Under the pieces are notes generated by a model. The model was not told the DNA's origin. It saw nothing but the letters and a program-made list of their open reading frames with translations, and made no database searches. Positions 19,192 through 28,971 of a DNA stretch of 64,000 bases are shown here, one piece after another (within the stretch, counting starts at the first letter, position 1; each line of letters begins with the position of its first letter). The position numbers and the translations under genes were made by a program. Origin of the DNA: Candidatus Zixiibacteriota bacterium (GTDB lineage: Bacteria > RBG-13-66-14 > B26-G2 > WVWN01); contig JASFLY010000003.1 of NCBI GenBank assembly GCA_050117845.1, forward strand, positions 24,851-88,850. Direction: 5' to 3'.

Positions 19192-20223
19192 TTAATATAT
19201 GAACATGGCGTCGCCGTACGAGTAGAACCGGTAGCCCTCTCGGACCGCGGCGCCGTACCATCCCAGAACGTTTTCCACGCCGCCGAACGCCGCCACGAGC
19301 GCCAGAAGGCTCGACCGCGGCAGGTGGAAATTCGTCAACAGCGCGTCGACGACTTTGAACTTGTAGCCGGGGTAAATATAGAGGTCCGTTTCCCCCCGGA
19401 ACGGGCCGACCATGCCGGCCTCGTCGGCCGCGGTCTCGAGGGCCCTTACGGCCGTCGTCCCGACCGCGACGACGCGGCGATGCTCGAGTTTCGCGGCGCT
19501 AATGGCCCGGGCCGCGGACCGGCTGATACTCATCTCCTCGCGCTCGACGTGGTGCTCCTCCAACGAATCGCCCCGGATGGGCTTGAAGGTCCCGTACGAG
19601 ACATGGAGGGTGATCTCGACTACCTCGACGCCCCGCTCCTTTATCCCGTCCAATATTTCCCGGGTGAAGTGCAGGCCCGCGGTAGGCGCCGCCACCGAAC
19701 CCCGGCGCCGCGCGTAGACCGTCTGGTAACGGCCCACGTCCTCCTCCGTCGGGCCGTCGGGCCTTTTAATGTACGGCGGCAGCGGCACCTTCCCCGTCTC
19801 GTCGACCACGGCCTCGACGTCGTCCGCCCCGTAGAACTCGACGACGCGCTCGGGCCCCGCCAGGACGCCGACGACCTCGGCGTGCAGGCCGTCCTCGCCG
19901 AATGTGAACCGCGCGCCCACGTCCGCCCGCCGGGCGGGGCGAGCCAAAACGCGGTAACGGCCGGGGGCCAGTTTGCGGAGGAGCAGCAGTTCGCCGTCGC
20001 TATCGCCGACGCGGCCCAAAAGGCGCGCCGGGTAAACCGACGTGTCGTTCAGGACCAGTACGTCCCCCTCCGCCAAAAGTTCCGGGAACTGGGCGAAGGA
20101 ACGGTGCTCCGGTTCGCCGCCGTCGCGGCGGCAGGCCAGAAGGCGGGCCCGGTCGCGCTCGGGCGCCGGCTGTTGGGCGATGAGGTCTCGGGGAAGGTCG
20201 TAGTCGATAATCTCGGTTTTCAT
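19192..20223 (-). CDS. queA: S-adenosylmethionine:tRNA ribosyltransferase-isomerase
   Basis: MKTEIIDYDLPRDLIAQQPA…PLPPYIKR…YQTVYA…GSVAAPTAGLHFT…VAVGTTAVRALE…LTNFHLPRSSLLALVAAF. Confidence 0.9.
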   Translation of the reverse strand: MKTEIIDYDLPRDLIAQQPAPERDRARLLACRRDGGEPEHRSFAQFPELLAEGDVLVLNDTSVYPARLLGRVGDSDGELLLLRKLAPGRYRVLARPARRADVGARFTFGEDGLHAEVVGVLAGPERVVEFYGADDVEAVVDETGKVPLPPYIKRPDGPTEEDVGRYQTVYARRRGSVAAPTAGLHFTREILDGIKERGVEVVEITLHVSYGTFKPIRGDSLEEHHVEREEMSISRSAARAISAAKLEHRRVVAVGTTAVRALETAADEAGMVGPFRGETDLYIYPGYKFKVVDALLTNFHLPRSSLLALVAAFGGVENVLGWYGAAVREGYRFYSYGDAMFIY

Positions 20224-20343
20224 AAGCCAGAAGGGATAATAACATAGGAGCGGCGGCCGTTAAAGGTAAAACCAGAAAAAGGTTAAACTTGCGCCCGGTT
20301 TATACCGGTGCTACTATGACCGAACGCTTGGAGAGGTATATCT

Positions 20344-21219
20344 ATGGTTAATTCTATGACGGGATTCGGTCGGGGCGAGGCCCCTTACGGCGACGGCGTC
20401 ATCGTCGTCGAGGTCACGACCGTAAACAGCCGGCACCTCGACGTCACCGTCCGGGGCCTCCGGGAATACGGCTCGCTCGAGCTGGACGTGCGGTCCCGCG
20501 TCGGCGAACGGCTGGGCAGGGGCAAAGCCCACGTCACGGTGGCCGTCCGGGGCACCTCGGCCGGGACCAAACGCGTCGTCTCCCACGTCGACCTGGCCCG
20601 GGAATACGTCAACGAATTCGAACGGCTGCGCTACGCCGTCGGCCTCAAGGGAAACCTCCCGCTGGAGGCGTTGACCTCCCGGGACGATTTCCTCACGATA
20701 GAGGAAGATACGGACGACGGCGCGCTGGGGGAAGGGGTCCTGGCCGCACTCGACGCCGCCCTCGGCCGCGTCTCCCAGATGCGGGCCGCGGAAGGCGAAA
20801 AGCTGGCCGCGGACCTTTCGGAGCGGCTCGAACGTTTGGGCAAACTCTACGACGACGTGGCGAGCCGGGCCCCGGAAGTGGCGGTCGCCTACCGGGACCG
20901 GCTGCAGGCGCGGATATCCGAGCTGACCGACGGGGCCGGCCTGGATCCCGGCCGCCTGGAAAACGAGACCGCCCTCTTCGCCGAACGCTGCGACATCAGC
21001 GAGGAGATAGTCCGGAGTCGGGCTCACGCCAAGGCGTTCGCCGACGCCCTCGGCGGCGACGGACGGGCGGGAAGGCGCCTCGACTTCCTCGCGGTGGAGC
21101 TGAACCGCGAGGCCAACACCATCGCCGCCAAGGCCCAGGACGCCGGCATCGCGTCCCTGGCCATAGAAATAAAAGACCTGCTCGAGCAGATCCGCGAGCA
21201 GGTGCAGAATATCGAGTAG
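20344..21219 (+). CDS. yicC: YicC/YloC family stress-induced protein
   Basis: N-terminal MTGFGRGE motif, …VEVTTVNSRHLDV…, and C-terminal …LAVELNREANTIAAKAQD…IKDLLEQIREQVQNIE. Confidence 0.85.
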   Translation: MVNSMTGFGRGEAPYGDGVIVVEVTTVNSRHLDVTVRGLREYGSLELDVRSRVGERLGRGKAHVTVAVRGTSAGTKRVVSHVDLAREYVNEFERLRYAVGLKGNLPLEALTSRDDFLTIEEDTDDGALGEGVLAALDAALGRVSQMRAAEGEKLAADLSERLERLGKLYDDVASRAPEVAVAYRDRLQARISELTDGAGLDPGRLENETALFAERCDISEEIVRSRAHAKAFADALGGDGRAGRRLDFLAVELNREANTIAAKAQDAGIASLAIEIKDLLEQIREQVQNIE

Positions 21220-21231
21220 TATTAACCGGCC

Positions 21232-22419
21232 TTAATATTTCCTGACGGCCGCGACGGACCTGATAACCTCGTCCCAGGCGCGGCCGTGTACGTCCCAGGT
21301 ATACTTCTGTTCGACGGCCTGCCGCCCCCAGCGGCCGTACTCCTCACGCAGTTTCTCGTCCCGCAACAGGCGCGCCACGGCCGCCGCGAATTCGGCCGGT
21401 TCGTCCGCGACGATAAAATCGCGCCCCGCCACCAGGTCCATCCCCTCCACGCCCCGCGTCGTGCAAACCACGGGCAGGCCCGCCGCCATCGCCTCTATCA
21501 CTTTCATCTTCATCCCCGCGCCGAGGCGCATCGGGCACACCGACACCTGGCAGCGCCGTAAATAAGCCTTCATGTCCGGAACGGCTCCGGTAACGACGAC
21601 GCCCTCCCGCCGGGCCAACGCCCGCACTTCGCCGGTCGGGTTCTTGCCCACGATATGGAACGTGGCCTCCGGCACCGCGTTCCTCACCCGGGGGAATATC
21701 TCGTTTGCGAAGTAAGCCGCAGCGTCCGCGTTCGGCGGGTAGTCCATGACGCCCGAAAAAACTATCGAGAACGGCTCCCGCGATACGCCCTCGTCGGCGG
21801 CGACGTCCGTCCCGAAGGGGGCGTAGTAAACGGGAAGGCCCGGGCAAAGCTCACCGATGACCTCCGCGTCGCGCCGGGCCACGAGGACGCACGCGTCGTA
21901 CCGGCCGTACGTCCGGCGCTCGTAACTTTTAACCTTCCAATATTGCAGGAGGAAATAGAGGGAGGCGGCGGGGTTGAGGCGCAGGCCCAACTGGCGCTTG
22001 TAGTACAGGGACGTGGCGTCGAGCGGCGCGATTATCTTCGGCGTGTTCTGTACGTCCACGGTATACTGCGCCATGTTGATGTGGCCGCCGATGATGACGT
22101 CAAAATCCCGGCGCCGCAGGAGTTTCCCCAAAGCCGCCGCGAAGTCCCGGTTCCGGTAGAGCAGGACGCCGAACGGCCAGATGGTCAACATACTCCATAA
22201 TCGCCGCAGGAGGGTCTTGTCGAATTCGTGGGGGACGAGGACGAGTTCCCCCACCATATCCCGGACGACCGCGATATCCTCCGGGGCGTCGCCCGAGGTC
22301 ATGGCGAGCATCGTAACGTCGTGCTCGGGCCGGAAGCGCCGCAATAAATTATACACCACCGCCCGGTTCGAATCGGTCGGAGGATAAGGGACTTCCGAGG
22401 CAATAATGAGAATCTTCAC
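21232..22419 (-). CDS. Glycosyltransferase family 4 (GT-B fold)
   Basis: 395 aa; MKILIIASEVPYPPTDSNRAVVYNLL… and a C-terminal GT1/GT4 motif (…VSVCPMRLGAGMKMKVIEAMAAGLPVVCTTRGVEG…). Confidence 0.8.
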   Translation of the reverse strand: MKILIIASEVPYPPTDSNRAVVYNLLRRFRPEHDVTMLAMTSGDAPEDIAVVRDMVGELVLVPHEFDKTLLRRLWSMLTIWPFGVLLYRNRDFAAALGKLLRRRDFDVIIGGHINMAQYTVDVQNTPKIIAPLDATSLYYKRQLGLRLNPAASLYFLLQYWKVKSYERRTYGRYDACVLVARRDAEVIGELCPGLPVYYAPFGTDVAADEGVSREPFSIVFSGVMDYPPNADAAAYFANEIFPRVRNAVPEATFHIVGKNPTGEVRALARREGVVVTGAVPDMKAYLRRCQVSVCPMRLGAGMKMKVIEAMAAGLPVVCTTRGVEGMDLVAGRDFIVADEPAEFAAAVARLLRDEKLREEYGRWGRQAVEQKYTWDVHGRAWDEVIRSVAAVRKY

Positions 22420-22524
22420 GGTTATCCCGGGTCCTTCACCTTTTTTATTATAGAACGTTTCGCCGACAAAAACAAGTCGCGGTAGTTGACGCCGCCCCTC
22501 GGACCACGCTACGCGGGCGATGCA

Positions 22525-22552
22525 TGAAAAAACCCGGCTGCCAGCCGGGCGT
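22525..22552 (-). terminator. Rho-independent terminator after the small minus-strand gene
   Basis: On the + strand: aaaaaaCCCGGCtgccaGCCGGGcg. On the minus strand the hairpin is followed by TTTTTT. Confidence 0.5.
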
Positions 22553-22575
22553 ACTTTCGTTCGGCCTGACGGCCG

Positions 22576-22902
22576 CTATTCCTCCTCGGCCCACTCTTCC
22601 AGAAACTTTGCTATGAGGTCCTTTTCCTCCCGGTCGACGCCGCGCTGCTCCTCGGCCGTAATGGGGACCAGCTCCCCCTCCTGGAGTTTGGTGATCATCA
22701 GGTCGTGCTGGCTCCGCATCAACTTCCGTACTTTTTCGACCCGGTCCGCGCCGGCGATGGCTCCCACGACCTGCTTCGCCCGGGCCACGACGGCCCCGCC
22801 CTTGAAGACGAGGGTTACGAGGTTGTCGCCGACGTTCTCGGTCTGGATATGGTAGCGTTCACCGCCGACCGTAACTTCGCAATTAAGGCCTTGCGTTATC
22901 AT
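22576..22902 (-). CDS. Hypothetical small protein (108 aa), downstream of obg
   Basis: Packed directly after obg (20-nt overlap) and followed by a terminator; no domain recognised. Confidence 0.4.
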   Translation of the reverse strand: MITQGLNCEVTVGGERYHIQTENVGDNLVTLVFKGGAVVARAKQVVGAIAGADRVEKVRKLMRSQHDLMITKLQEGELVPITAEEQRGVDREEKDLIAKFLEEWAEEE

Positions 22903-23875
22903 AGGCTTTTACGGCTTCCCACAGAGCCACCTTTAATTCCTCGACGCCGGCCCCGGATACGGCGGAAGTCGCTATCACGGCCTTGCCGGCCGCTCCGCCC
23001 AGGGCCGCCGCTATACCTTCGTCGTGCGGCAGGTCCGTTTTATTCGCGATGACGATTACGACTCGCGATACCAGTTCTTTTTTGAAATTCTCTATCTCGG
23101 CGACGACGGTTTCGAAGTCGCGCACCGGCGACTCGCCCGAAACATCCACCACGACCGCCAGCGCCTTCGCCCGTTCCACGTGCCGCAGGAAGTCGAGGCC
23201 CAGGCCCCGTCCTTCCGCCGCCCCCTCCAAAAGGCCCGGCACCTCTATTACGGCGTAGGTCTGGGCCGCCGAATATTCCACGATGCCCAGCTGGGGAGCC
23301 AGCGTCGTGAAAGGATACGGCGCGACCCTGGGATGGGCGGAACTTAGCGCGGCGAGAACCGACGATTTCCCGGCGTTGGGGGGCCCGATGAGCGCGACGT
23401 CGGCTATTAGCTTCAGCGTCAGCCGCAGGCGGCGCTGTTGGCCCGGACCACCGTCCTCGGCGTAGCGGGGAACCTGCATCGTCGGCGTGGCGAAATGGGA
23501 ATTGCCCCGGCCGCCTCGGCCTCCCCGGGCCAGGAGGACCTCTTCGGACGCCGCCGCCACTTCTCCCACGACGGAGCCGCCGTCGTCCTCGATGACGGTC
23601 CCCGGCGGGACCCGTATCCATTTATTCTCCCCGGCGGCGCCGGTACGCTTCCTTCCGGCCCCGTCTACGCCGCCGTCGGCCGCGACGAGTTCAACACCCG
23701 CCAGGTGGTTCAGCGTGCGGAGGCCGCCGTGGCCCACTGCGTATACCGAGCCGCCTCGGCCGCCGTCGCCGCCGTCCGGGCCGCCCCGGGGGACGAACTT
23801 CTCCCGGCGGAAGGAAACCGCGCCCCGGCCGCCGTCGCCTCCCCGCACTTCCAGCTCCACTTCGTCGATAAACAC
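22883..23875 (-). CDS. obg: GTPase Obg/CgtA
   Basis: Obg glycine-rich N-domain (MFIDEVELEVRGGDGGRGAVSFRREKFVPRGGPDGGDGGRGGSV…) and GTPase domain (ADVALIGPPNAGKSSVLAAL…PFTTLAPQLGIV…VANKTDL). Confidence 0.9.
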   Translation of the reverse strand: MFIDEVELEVRGGDGGRGAVSFRREKFVPRGGPDGGDGGRGGSVYAVGHGGLRTLNHLAGVELVAADGGVDGAGRKRTGAAGENKWIRVPPGTVIEDDGGSVVGEVAAASEEVLLARGGRGGRGNSHFATPTMQVPRYAEDGGPGQQRRLRLTLKLIADVALIGPPNAGKSSVLAALSSAHPRVAPYPFTTLAPQLGIVEYSAAQTYAVIEVPGLLEGAAEGRGLGLDFLRHVERAKALAVVVDVSGESPVRDFETVVAEIENFKKELVSRVVIVIANKTDLPHDEGIAAALGGAAGKAVIATSAVSGAGVEELKVALWEAVKAYDNARP

Positions 23876-23968
23876 AATAAACCCGGGGAGCCGAAGCGCG
23901 TGGTCGTTTGTGCGCTAATCAACCCGCCGGGGTATCGTTGGAACTCCAATTAACGGTTCGCGTGCCTG

Positions 23969-24223
23969 TTACGAAGCGGGAACGACGTGTACCTCGCGCC
24001 GGTTCCTGCGCCGCACGAATTCCACCCGACCAGTTACCGTCGCGAATAAGGTATAATCTCTCCCCATGCCGACGTTCTCGCCGGGGTAATAGCTGGTGCC
24101 GTGCTGACGAACGATAATGGAGCCCGCGGTAACGGGCTGGCCGCCGTACGCCTTGATGCCCAGGCGCTGGCCGGCGCTGTCGCGGCCGTTGCGGGAGGAA
24201 CCACCTGATTTCTTGTGAGCCAT
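23969..24223 (-). CDS. rpmA: 50S ribosomal protein L27
   Basis: [69 protein letters not shown]. Confidence 0.95.
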   Translation of the reverse strand: MAHKKSGGSSRNGRDSAGQRLGIKAYGGQPVTAGSIIVRQHGTSYYPGENVGMGRDYTLFATVTGRVEFVRRRNRREVHVVPAS

Positions 24224-24261
24224 GTCGACCTCCGGCGCTCCGGAAAACGCGGGCCGGAACG

Positions 24262-24576
24262 CTAGGACTTCGTTACGGACAATACCTTGAGAACCGTATA
24301 CGGCTGCCGGTATCCCCGTAAGCGCCGGTAGTTCTTACGACGCTTGAATTTAAAAACTTCGACCTTGGGTCGCCGCTCGTGAGCCACGACCTCGGCGGTA
24401 ACGCGCGCGTTCGGGACCAGCGGCGTACCCACTTCGGCGCCTTTGTCGTCGCCGAGCAGGAGTACTTCGTCCAGCTCCACTTGCGCGCCTACGTCAACGT
24501 TCATCAGATCGACGGCGACCAATTCGCCTTCGCTCATCCGGTATTGACGGTTTCTATTTCGTACCAATGCGAACAT
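24262..24576 (-). CDS. rplU: 50S ribosomal protein L21
   Basis: [52 protein letters not shown]…[26 protein letters not shown]. The track start at 24582 (MIM…) is probably 2 codons too long. Confidence 0.9.
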   Translation of the reverse strand: MFALVRNRNRQYRMSEGELVAVDLMNVDVGAQVELDEVLLLGDDKGAEVGTPLVPNARVTAEVVAHERRPKVEVFKFKRRKNYRRLRGYRQPYTVLKVLSVTKS

Positions 24577-24639
24577 AATCATCCTTAGGTTAGCGTGTTT
24601 TTTAACATATTAGGATGATAATGTCAAGAGTTCTTTCGG

Positions 24640-24672
24640 CCCGCGTACTATATATTATACCATAAGCGGGGG
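24640..24672 (-). promoter_or_regulatory. Putative rplU-rpmA-obg promoter with an extended -10 (TGgTATAAT) on the minus strand
   Basis: The minus-strand reading …gcttaTGgTATAATatatag… lies about 70 nt upstream of the rplU start. A second TTGACA sits nearer the start. Confidence 0.35.
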
Positions 24673-24874
24673 CATCATTTCCAAAGCCGGAAACGAAAGG
24701 GGCCGGCGACGGCCCTGCGAAAAACCGGCCTCAATACCTCTTACGTTAAAAGGTAGACCGCCGATTTAACACTGGTTATAATGAAACACCCCCGCGGGAG
24801 TTATTACTAAACGTTCCGTCCGGGTGAAACAACCTGAAGGCCGTTTCTATCGAAGCTCCGGATTTTTTTTTTGC

Positions 24875-24904
24875 TTGACAAGGAAAATCCCTTTCTATTA
24901 TAAT
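24875..24904 (+). promoter_or_regulatory. Near-consensus sigma70 promoter (TTGACA-18-TATAAT) with an upstream T-tract, driving the lipoprotein/LysM pair
   Basis: ggattttttttttgcTTGACAaggaaaatccctttctatTATAATgc; the predicted transcript carries a ~100-nt leader before the ATG at 25015. Confidence 0.6.
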
Positions 24905-25014
24905 GCTGAGCCAAGGAGCAAGCCCAAAGTACAAACGCTTTGGAGCAAGGAAATCATAAATATTACCGGATTACCGAGCTTACACAGTCCCTCGAAGGGA
25001 GGTGAATCGCCAGG

Positions 25015-25335
25015 ATGAAAAAGGCCATTATCTTCAGCGTCATTGGAGCTTTCATTCTTGGCTTCTTAGCCCTCGGTTGCGGCCCGAGCAAGGAATTGCT
25101 CGACGCGTACTACGACGCGAAAATGAAGAAGCAGGAAGGCGAAGACCGTCTCGCCAAAGCGAAATCTGCCAACGAAGCTTACAAGGCTGAGTTCGACAAG
25201 GCCGTCAAGAAGATCGACGAGCTTCGTGCGCAGCACAAAGACCTTCACGAGAAACGCAACAACATCGAGAAGGCTCGCGGAATGAAAATCACGCCGTTGC
25301 TCCACGGCGCCGAGAAAGAACCTACTTGGGAATAA
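25015..25335 (+). CDS. Small coiled-coil lipoprotein (106 aa), hypothetical
   Basis: Signal peptide plus lipobox (…AFILGFLALGCGPS…). The mature part is Lys/Glu/Ala-rich with heptad-like character (…AKMKKQEGEDRLAKAKSANEAYKAEFDKAVKKIDELRAQHKDLHEKRNNIEKAR…). Local GC is ~48% against a ~66% background. Confidence 0.6.
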   Translation: MKKAIIFSVIGAFILGFLALGCGPSKELLDAYYDAKMKKQEGEDRLAKAKSANEAYKAEFDKAVKKIDELRAQHKDLHEKRNNIEKARGMKITPLLHGAEKEPTWE

Positions 25336-25421
25336 GCTGAATTTTAGCCCGGCACGTAATTAATAACACCCATACGAAGCCGTGGCTTAAAAATACTCCT
25401 CAAGGAAAGGGGTGTTAACGG

Positions 25422-25898
25422 GTGAAAAAGGCTGTCTTAGCTTTAGCGGTCTTCGTGCTCACGGTCGCCCCGTTCGCTTTGGCCCAGGATTACGACGCGC
25501 TTAAGCGCGAAGTCAAAATGAACGAAGGCGCCGGCGAAGGCGATATAAACGCGCAGATCCAAAGCCGCCTTGACGATGCCGCCCGGCTGAACAAAGAGGC
25601 CGAGGGTGTCGAGTTCGAGAACAAGGCGCTCGAAGGTAAAGTAATGAAGGTCCAGAAGGTACACGACTTCTGGAAGACGCTAATCGGCGAAGATCAGGCG
25701 TTCCTCAACAAATGGGCGGAGCGCGAAGGTGATCACGTCGTAGTCGAGGGCGAATGCCTCTGGATGATCGCGGGTATGGAATACGGCCATCCCTACTACT
25801 ACAAATGGCCGCTTATTTATAATGCCAACCGCGACCTCATCAAGGATCCGGACCTCATTTATCCTGGCTGGAACCTCAAAGTTCCCGCGATGCAGTAA
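25422..25898 (+). CDS. Secreted LysM domain protein (158 aa)
   Basis: GTG start after RBS aaggaaagggg; signal peptide [23 protein letters not shown]; C-terminal LysM (…[49 protein letters not shown]). Confidence 0.7.
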   Translation: MKKAVLALAVFVLTVAPFALAQDYDALKREVKMNEGAGEGDINAQIQSRLDDAARLNKEAEGVEFENKALEGKVMKVQKVHDFWKTLIGEDQAFLNKWAEREGDHVVVEGECLWMIAGMEYGHPYYYKWPLIYNANRDLIKDPDLIYPGWNLKVPAMQ

Positions 25899-25920
25899 TC
25901 ATCGATCACGGTTATAAAAG

Positions 25921-25951
25921 GGCAGTCGGCTTAAACGACTGCCTTTTTTTT
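25921..25951 (+). terminator. Strong rho-independent terminator after the LysM gene
   Basis: GGCAGTCGgcttaaaCGACTGCCtttttttt. Confidence 0.7.
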
Positions 25952-25966
25952 AGCCCCTTACGTTAT

Positions 25967-26420
<454 letters not shown>

Positions 26421-26422
<2 letters not shown>

Positions 26423-26448
26423 AAAAACGGCCCGGACGGGCCGTTTTC
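26421..26448. terminator. Bidirectional terminator between dtd (+) and cca (-)
   Basis: aaaaaaaCGGCCCGgacGGGCCGtttt. Confidence 0.55.
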
Positions 26449-26470
26449 GATATCTCCTACTCCCCCAAGT

Positions 26471-27865
26471 TCAGGCGGACTTCTCGCGCAACAACTCGAG
26501 TAGTCGTTCGCGTTCATTGAGGGACTGATCCTCCAGCACGCGCTCGAGCAGATATCCGAGTGCTTCGCCGACGGCCGGCCCGGCCGCGATGCCGAGTTCG
26601 GTCATCACGTCGTGGCCGTTAACGGCGAGGTCCTTCTCCGTGAACGCCTCTTCCCGGGCAATGGCCTCGTTTATGCGGCGCTCCAGCGCCCGGAGGTACG
26701 CCGGGAAGCCGTAATTCGTCCCGTTCCCGAACCAGTCAGCGATGCGCAGGTCGAAGAGGTCCGCGATGTTCTCCCGGCCGACCTTACGGATGAAACGCCG
26801 CACCGCCGCGTCCGTCCACTGCGAAGTGTACCCGAACATATGGTGGTAGACGAGGTGCAGGACGTGGTCCCGGTCCTTCTTGCTGAAACGGAGGCGGTTC
26901 ATAATGTCGCGGGCCATACGCCGGCTCACGGCCTGGTGATTGTAGAAGGTCACCCGGCCTTCACGCACGACCCGGGTCCGGGGCTTGCCTATGTCGTGCA
27001 GCAAAGCCGCCAGCCGCACGAGCGGTTTCTTCGCGGGCGCGGCGTCGCAGGAATAGAGGGCGTGGGTATAGACGTCGTGCGCGTGGAATTCGTTCTGGGT
27101 AACGCTGTACCCTTCCAGGAGTTCGGGTACGGAGAGTTCCAAAAGGCCGGTTTCCCGCATGAGGTCGATGCCGTACGAGGGCCGCTCGGCCGTCGCGAGC
27201 ATCTTCATTAGTTCGCCCCGTACGCGTTCGACCGCGACCATCCGGACGCGCTCCAGCACTTTCGGTATGGCTTGGAGGGTTTCGGCTTCTATCTCGAATT
27301 CGAAGCGCGCCGCGAGCCGGATCGCCCGTAGCGGCCGCAGGCCGTCCTCGCGGAAACGCTCCTCCGCGTTCCCCACCGCCCGCACGATCCCCTGCTCGAA
27401 GTCCTCGACGCCGCGGTATAAATCTATGAACTCGTCCTCGAGCGGGTCGTAGGCGAAGGCGTTGAAGGTGAAATCGCGACGGCTGAGGTCCTCTTCCACG
27501 GCGGCCGCGTACGTCACGTCGTCCGGGTGTCGGGCGTCGCCGTATTTCCCGTCCCGGCGGAACGTCGTCACCTCGTACTCGCCGGCCTTGCCCAGGACCG
27601 TAATAGTGCCGTGCTTTATCCCGGTGGGCGCGGTACGAGGGAACAGCTTCCGCACCTCCTCCGGCCGGGCGTCCGTGGCCACGTCGAAATCCTCCGCCGG
27701 CAGGCCGGCTAGCAGGTCGCGCACGCCGCCCCCCACGAGGTACGCGCGCTTCCCCACGGCCTTCAAGGCCGCGACAAGCTCCCGTACCTCGGAGGGAATA
27801 CCTTTCAGGTTCGCCCGGTCCAGCCGGTACTTGGGTTTCGCCTTCTTTTTGGTCTTTGCCGCCAT
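26471..27865 (-). CDS. cca: CCA-adding tRNA nucleotidyltransferase with HD domain
   Basis: N-terminal polymerase-beta-like head (…AYLVGGGVRDLLAGLPAEDFDVATDARPEEV…GTITV…TFRRDG…), C-terminal HD (…AALLHDIGKP…). Confidence 0.85.
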   Translation of the reverse strand: MAAKTKKKAKPKYRLDRANLKGIPSEVRELVAALKAVGKRAYLVGGGVRDLLAGLPAEDFDVATDARPEEVRKLFPRTAPTGIKHGTITVLGKAGEYEVTTFRRDGKYGDARHPDDVTYAAAVEEDLSRRDFTFNAFAYDPLEDEFIDLYRGVEDFEQGIVRAVGNAEERFREDGLRPLRAIRLAARFEFEIEAETLQAIPKVLERVRMVAVERVRGELMKMLATAERPSYGIDLMRETGLLELSVPELLEGYSVTQNEFHAHDVYTHALYSCDAAPAKKPLVRLAALLHDIGKPRTRVVREGRVTFYNHQAVSRRMARDIMNRLRFSKKDRDHVLHLVYHHMFGYTSQWTDAAVRRFIRKVGRENIADLFDLRIADWFGNGTNYGFPAYLRALERRINEAIAREEAFTEKDLAVNGHDVMTELGIAAGPAVGEALGYLLERVLEDQSLNERERLLELLREKSA

Positions 27866-28246
27866 TTATCCCAACGCGATCGCGAATGCCATCGCGTATT
27901 CCCGCTCGTGGCTTATGGTGACCATAACGCTCGTTATGCCGCGTTCCGCCGCCAACTCCGCGGCCACGCCGCCGAGTTTGACCTGCGGCCGGTTGCCGTC
28001 CGCGTGGACTTCTATGTCCCTGTACGCCATGCCCCCCGGCACCGCCGGCGAGAGGGCCTTGACGACCGCTTCCTTGGCCGCGAAGCGGCCCGCCAGAGCG
28101 CCGGCGAAGTCGACGCGGGCCATGCAGTACTCCCGCTCCTCGGGAGCGTACAGCCGCTCCAGGAAACGCTCGCCGAAGCGCTCGTACGCCCGGGCGACGC
28201 GTTTTATCTCTATCAGGTCGGCCCCTATGCCAAGTACCGCCGTCAT
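27866..28246 (-). CDS. acpS: Holo-[acyl-carrier-protein] synthase
   Basis: The true start is [17 protein letters not shown]… at ~28246 (ATGA overlap with the pdxJ stop); the track ORF to 28549 is a spurious Arg/Gly-rich extension. …[11 protein letters not shown]…[14 protein letters not shown]. Confidence 0.85.
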   Translation of the reverse strand: MTAVLGIGADLIEIKRVARAYERFGERFLERLYAPEEREYCMARVDFAGALAGRFAAKEAVVKALSPAVPGGMAYRDIEVHADGNRPQVKLGGVAAELAAERGITSVMVTISHEREYAMAFAIALG

Positions 28247-28971
28247 GGCGCCTCGGCCCGCGCCTCGCGCATCAGCGCGAGCATCCGCCGCGTGGCTTCT
28301 TCCAAGCCGTCGAAGACGGCCCGGGCCACGATGCTGTGGCCGATGTTTAGCTCCTCCAGTTCCGGAATCGCCGCCACCGGCTTGACGTTGAAGTAATTGA
28401 GGCCGTGCCCCGCGGCCACGCGCAGGCCCGCCGCCGCCGCGACCCGGGCCGCCGCCGCCAATTCCCCCAGCCGCGCCGCGACCTCGGCCGGGCCGGCGTT
28501 GGCGTACGCGCCGGTATGCAGTTCCACCGCCACGGCCCCAACCTCGCACGACGCCGCGACCTGCTCCTCCGACGGCTCGACGAAGGTACTAACCGGTACG
28601 CCGCCGTTCGCGAGTTCCGCGACGACGTCTTTGAGCCGGCCTACGTTACCCGCCACGTCGAGGCCGCCCTCGGTCGTCAATTCCTCCCGGCGCTCCGGCA
28701 CCAACGTAACGAAGGTCGGTTTGTACTTCAGCGCCATGGCCACCATCGCGCCGGTGGCCGCCATCTCGAGGTCTATGCCGGACGCCACGGTACGACTCAT
28801 TACGTCTAGGTCCCGCTCCTGGACGTGACGCCGGTCCTCGCGGACGTGGATGGTGATGTGGGCCGCGCCGCCCCGTTCCGCGGCGAACGCCGCGGCCACC
28901 GGGTCGGGCTCGAAGGTCTGGCGGGCCTGTCGGAGCGTGGCGACGTGGTCGACGTTTACTCCCAACCTCAT
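28243..28971 (-). CDS. pdxJ: Pyridoxine 5'-phosphate synthase
   Basis: [19 protein letters not shown]…PDPV…HLREDRRHV…. Confidence 0.9.
   Translation of the reverse strand: MRLGVNVDHVATLRQARQTFEPDPVAAAFAAERGGAAHITIHVREDRRHVQERDLDVMSRTVASGIDLEMAATGAMVAMALKYKPTFVTLVPERREELTTEGGLDVAGNVGRLKDVVAELANGGVPVSTFVEPSEEQVAASCEVGAVAVELHTGAYANAGPAEVAARLGELAAAARVAAAAGLRVAAGHGLNYFNVKPVAAIPELEELNIGHSIVARAVFDGLEEATRRMLALMREARAEAP

Noticed and set aside
23876-23968. 93-nt obg–rpmA intergenic region, and the 430-nt rplU upstream region, inspected for tRNA or small RNA genes
   Set aside because: No cloverleaf-compatible sequence (no acceptor stem pairing or T-loop GTTCRANYC) found. More simply explained as promoter and leader DNA.
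28247-28549. N-terminal extension of the acpS track ORF (27866..28549), and likewise the 30437..31459 extension over the lipoprotein gene
   Set aside because: Gly/Arg-rich low-complexity sequence overlapping pdxJ/thiDN in other frames. Internal starts (MTAVLGIG… for acpS; GTG giving MIRNALRLG… for the lipoprotein) give proteins of the expected size.
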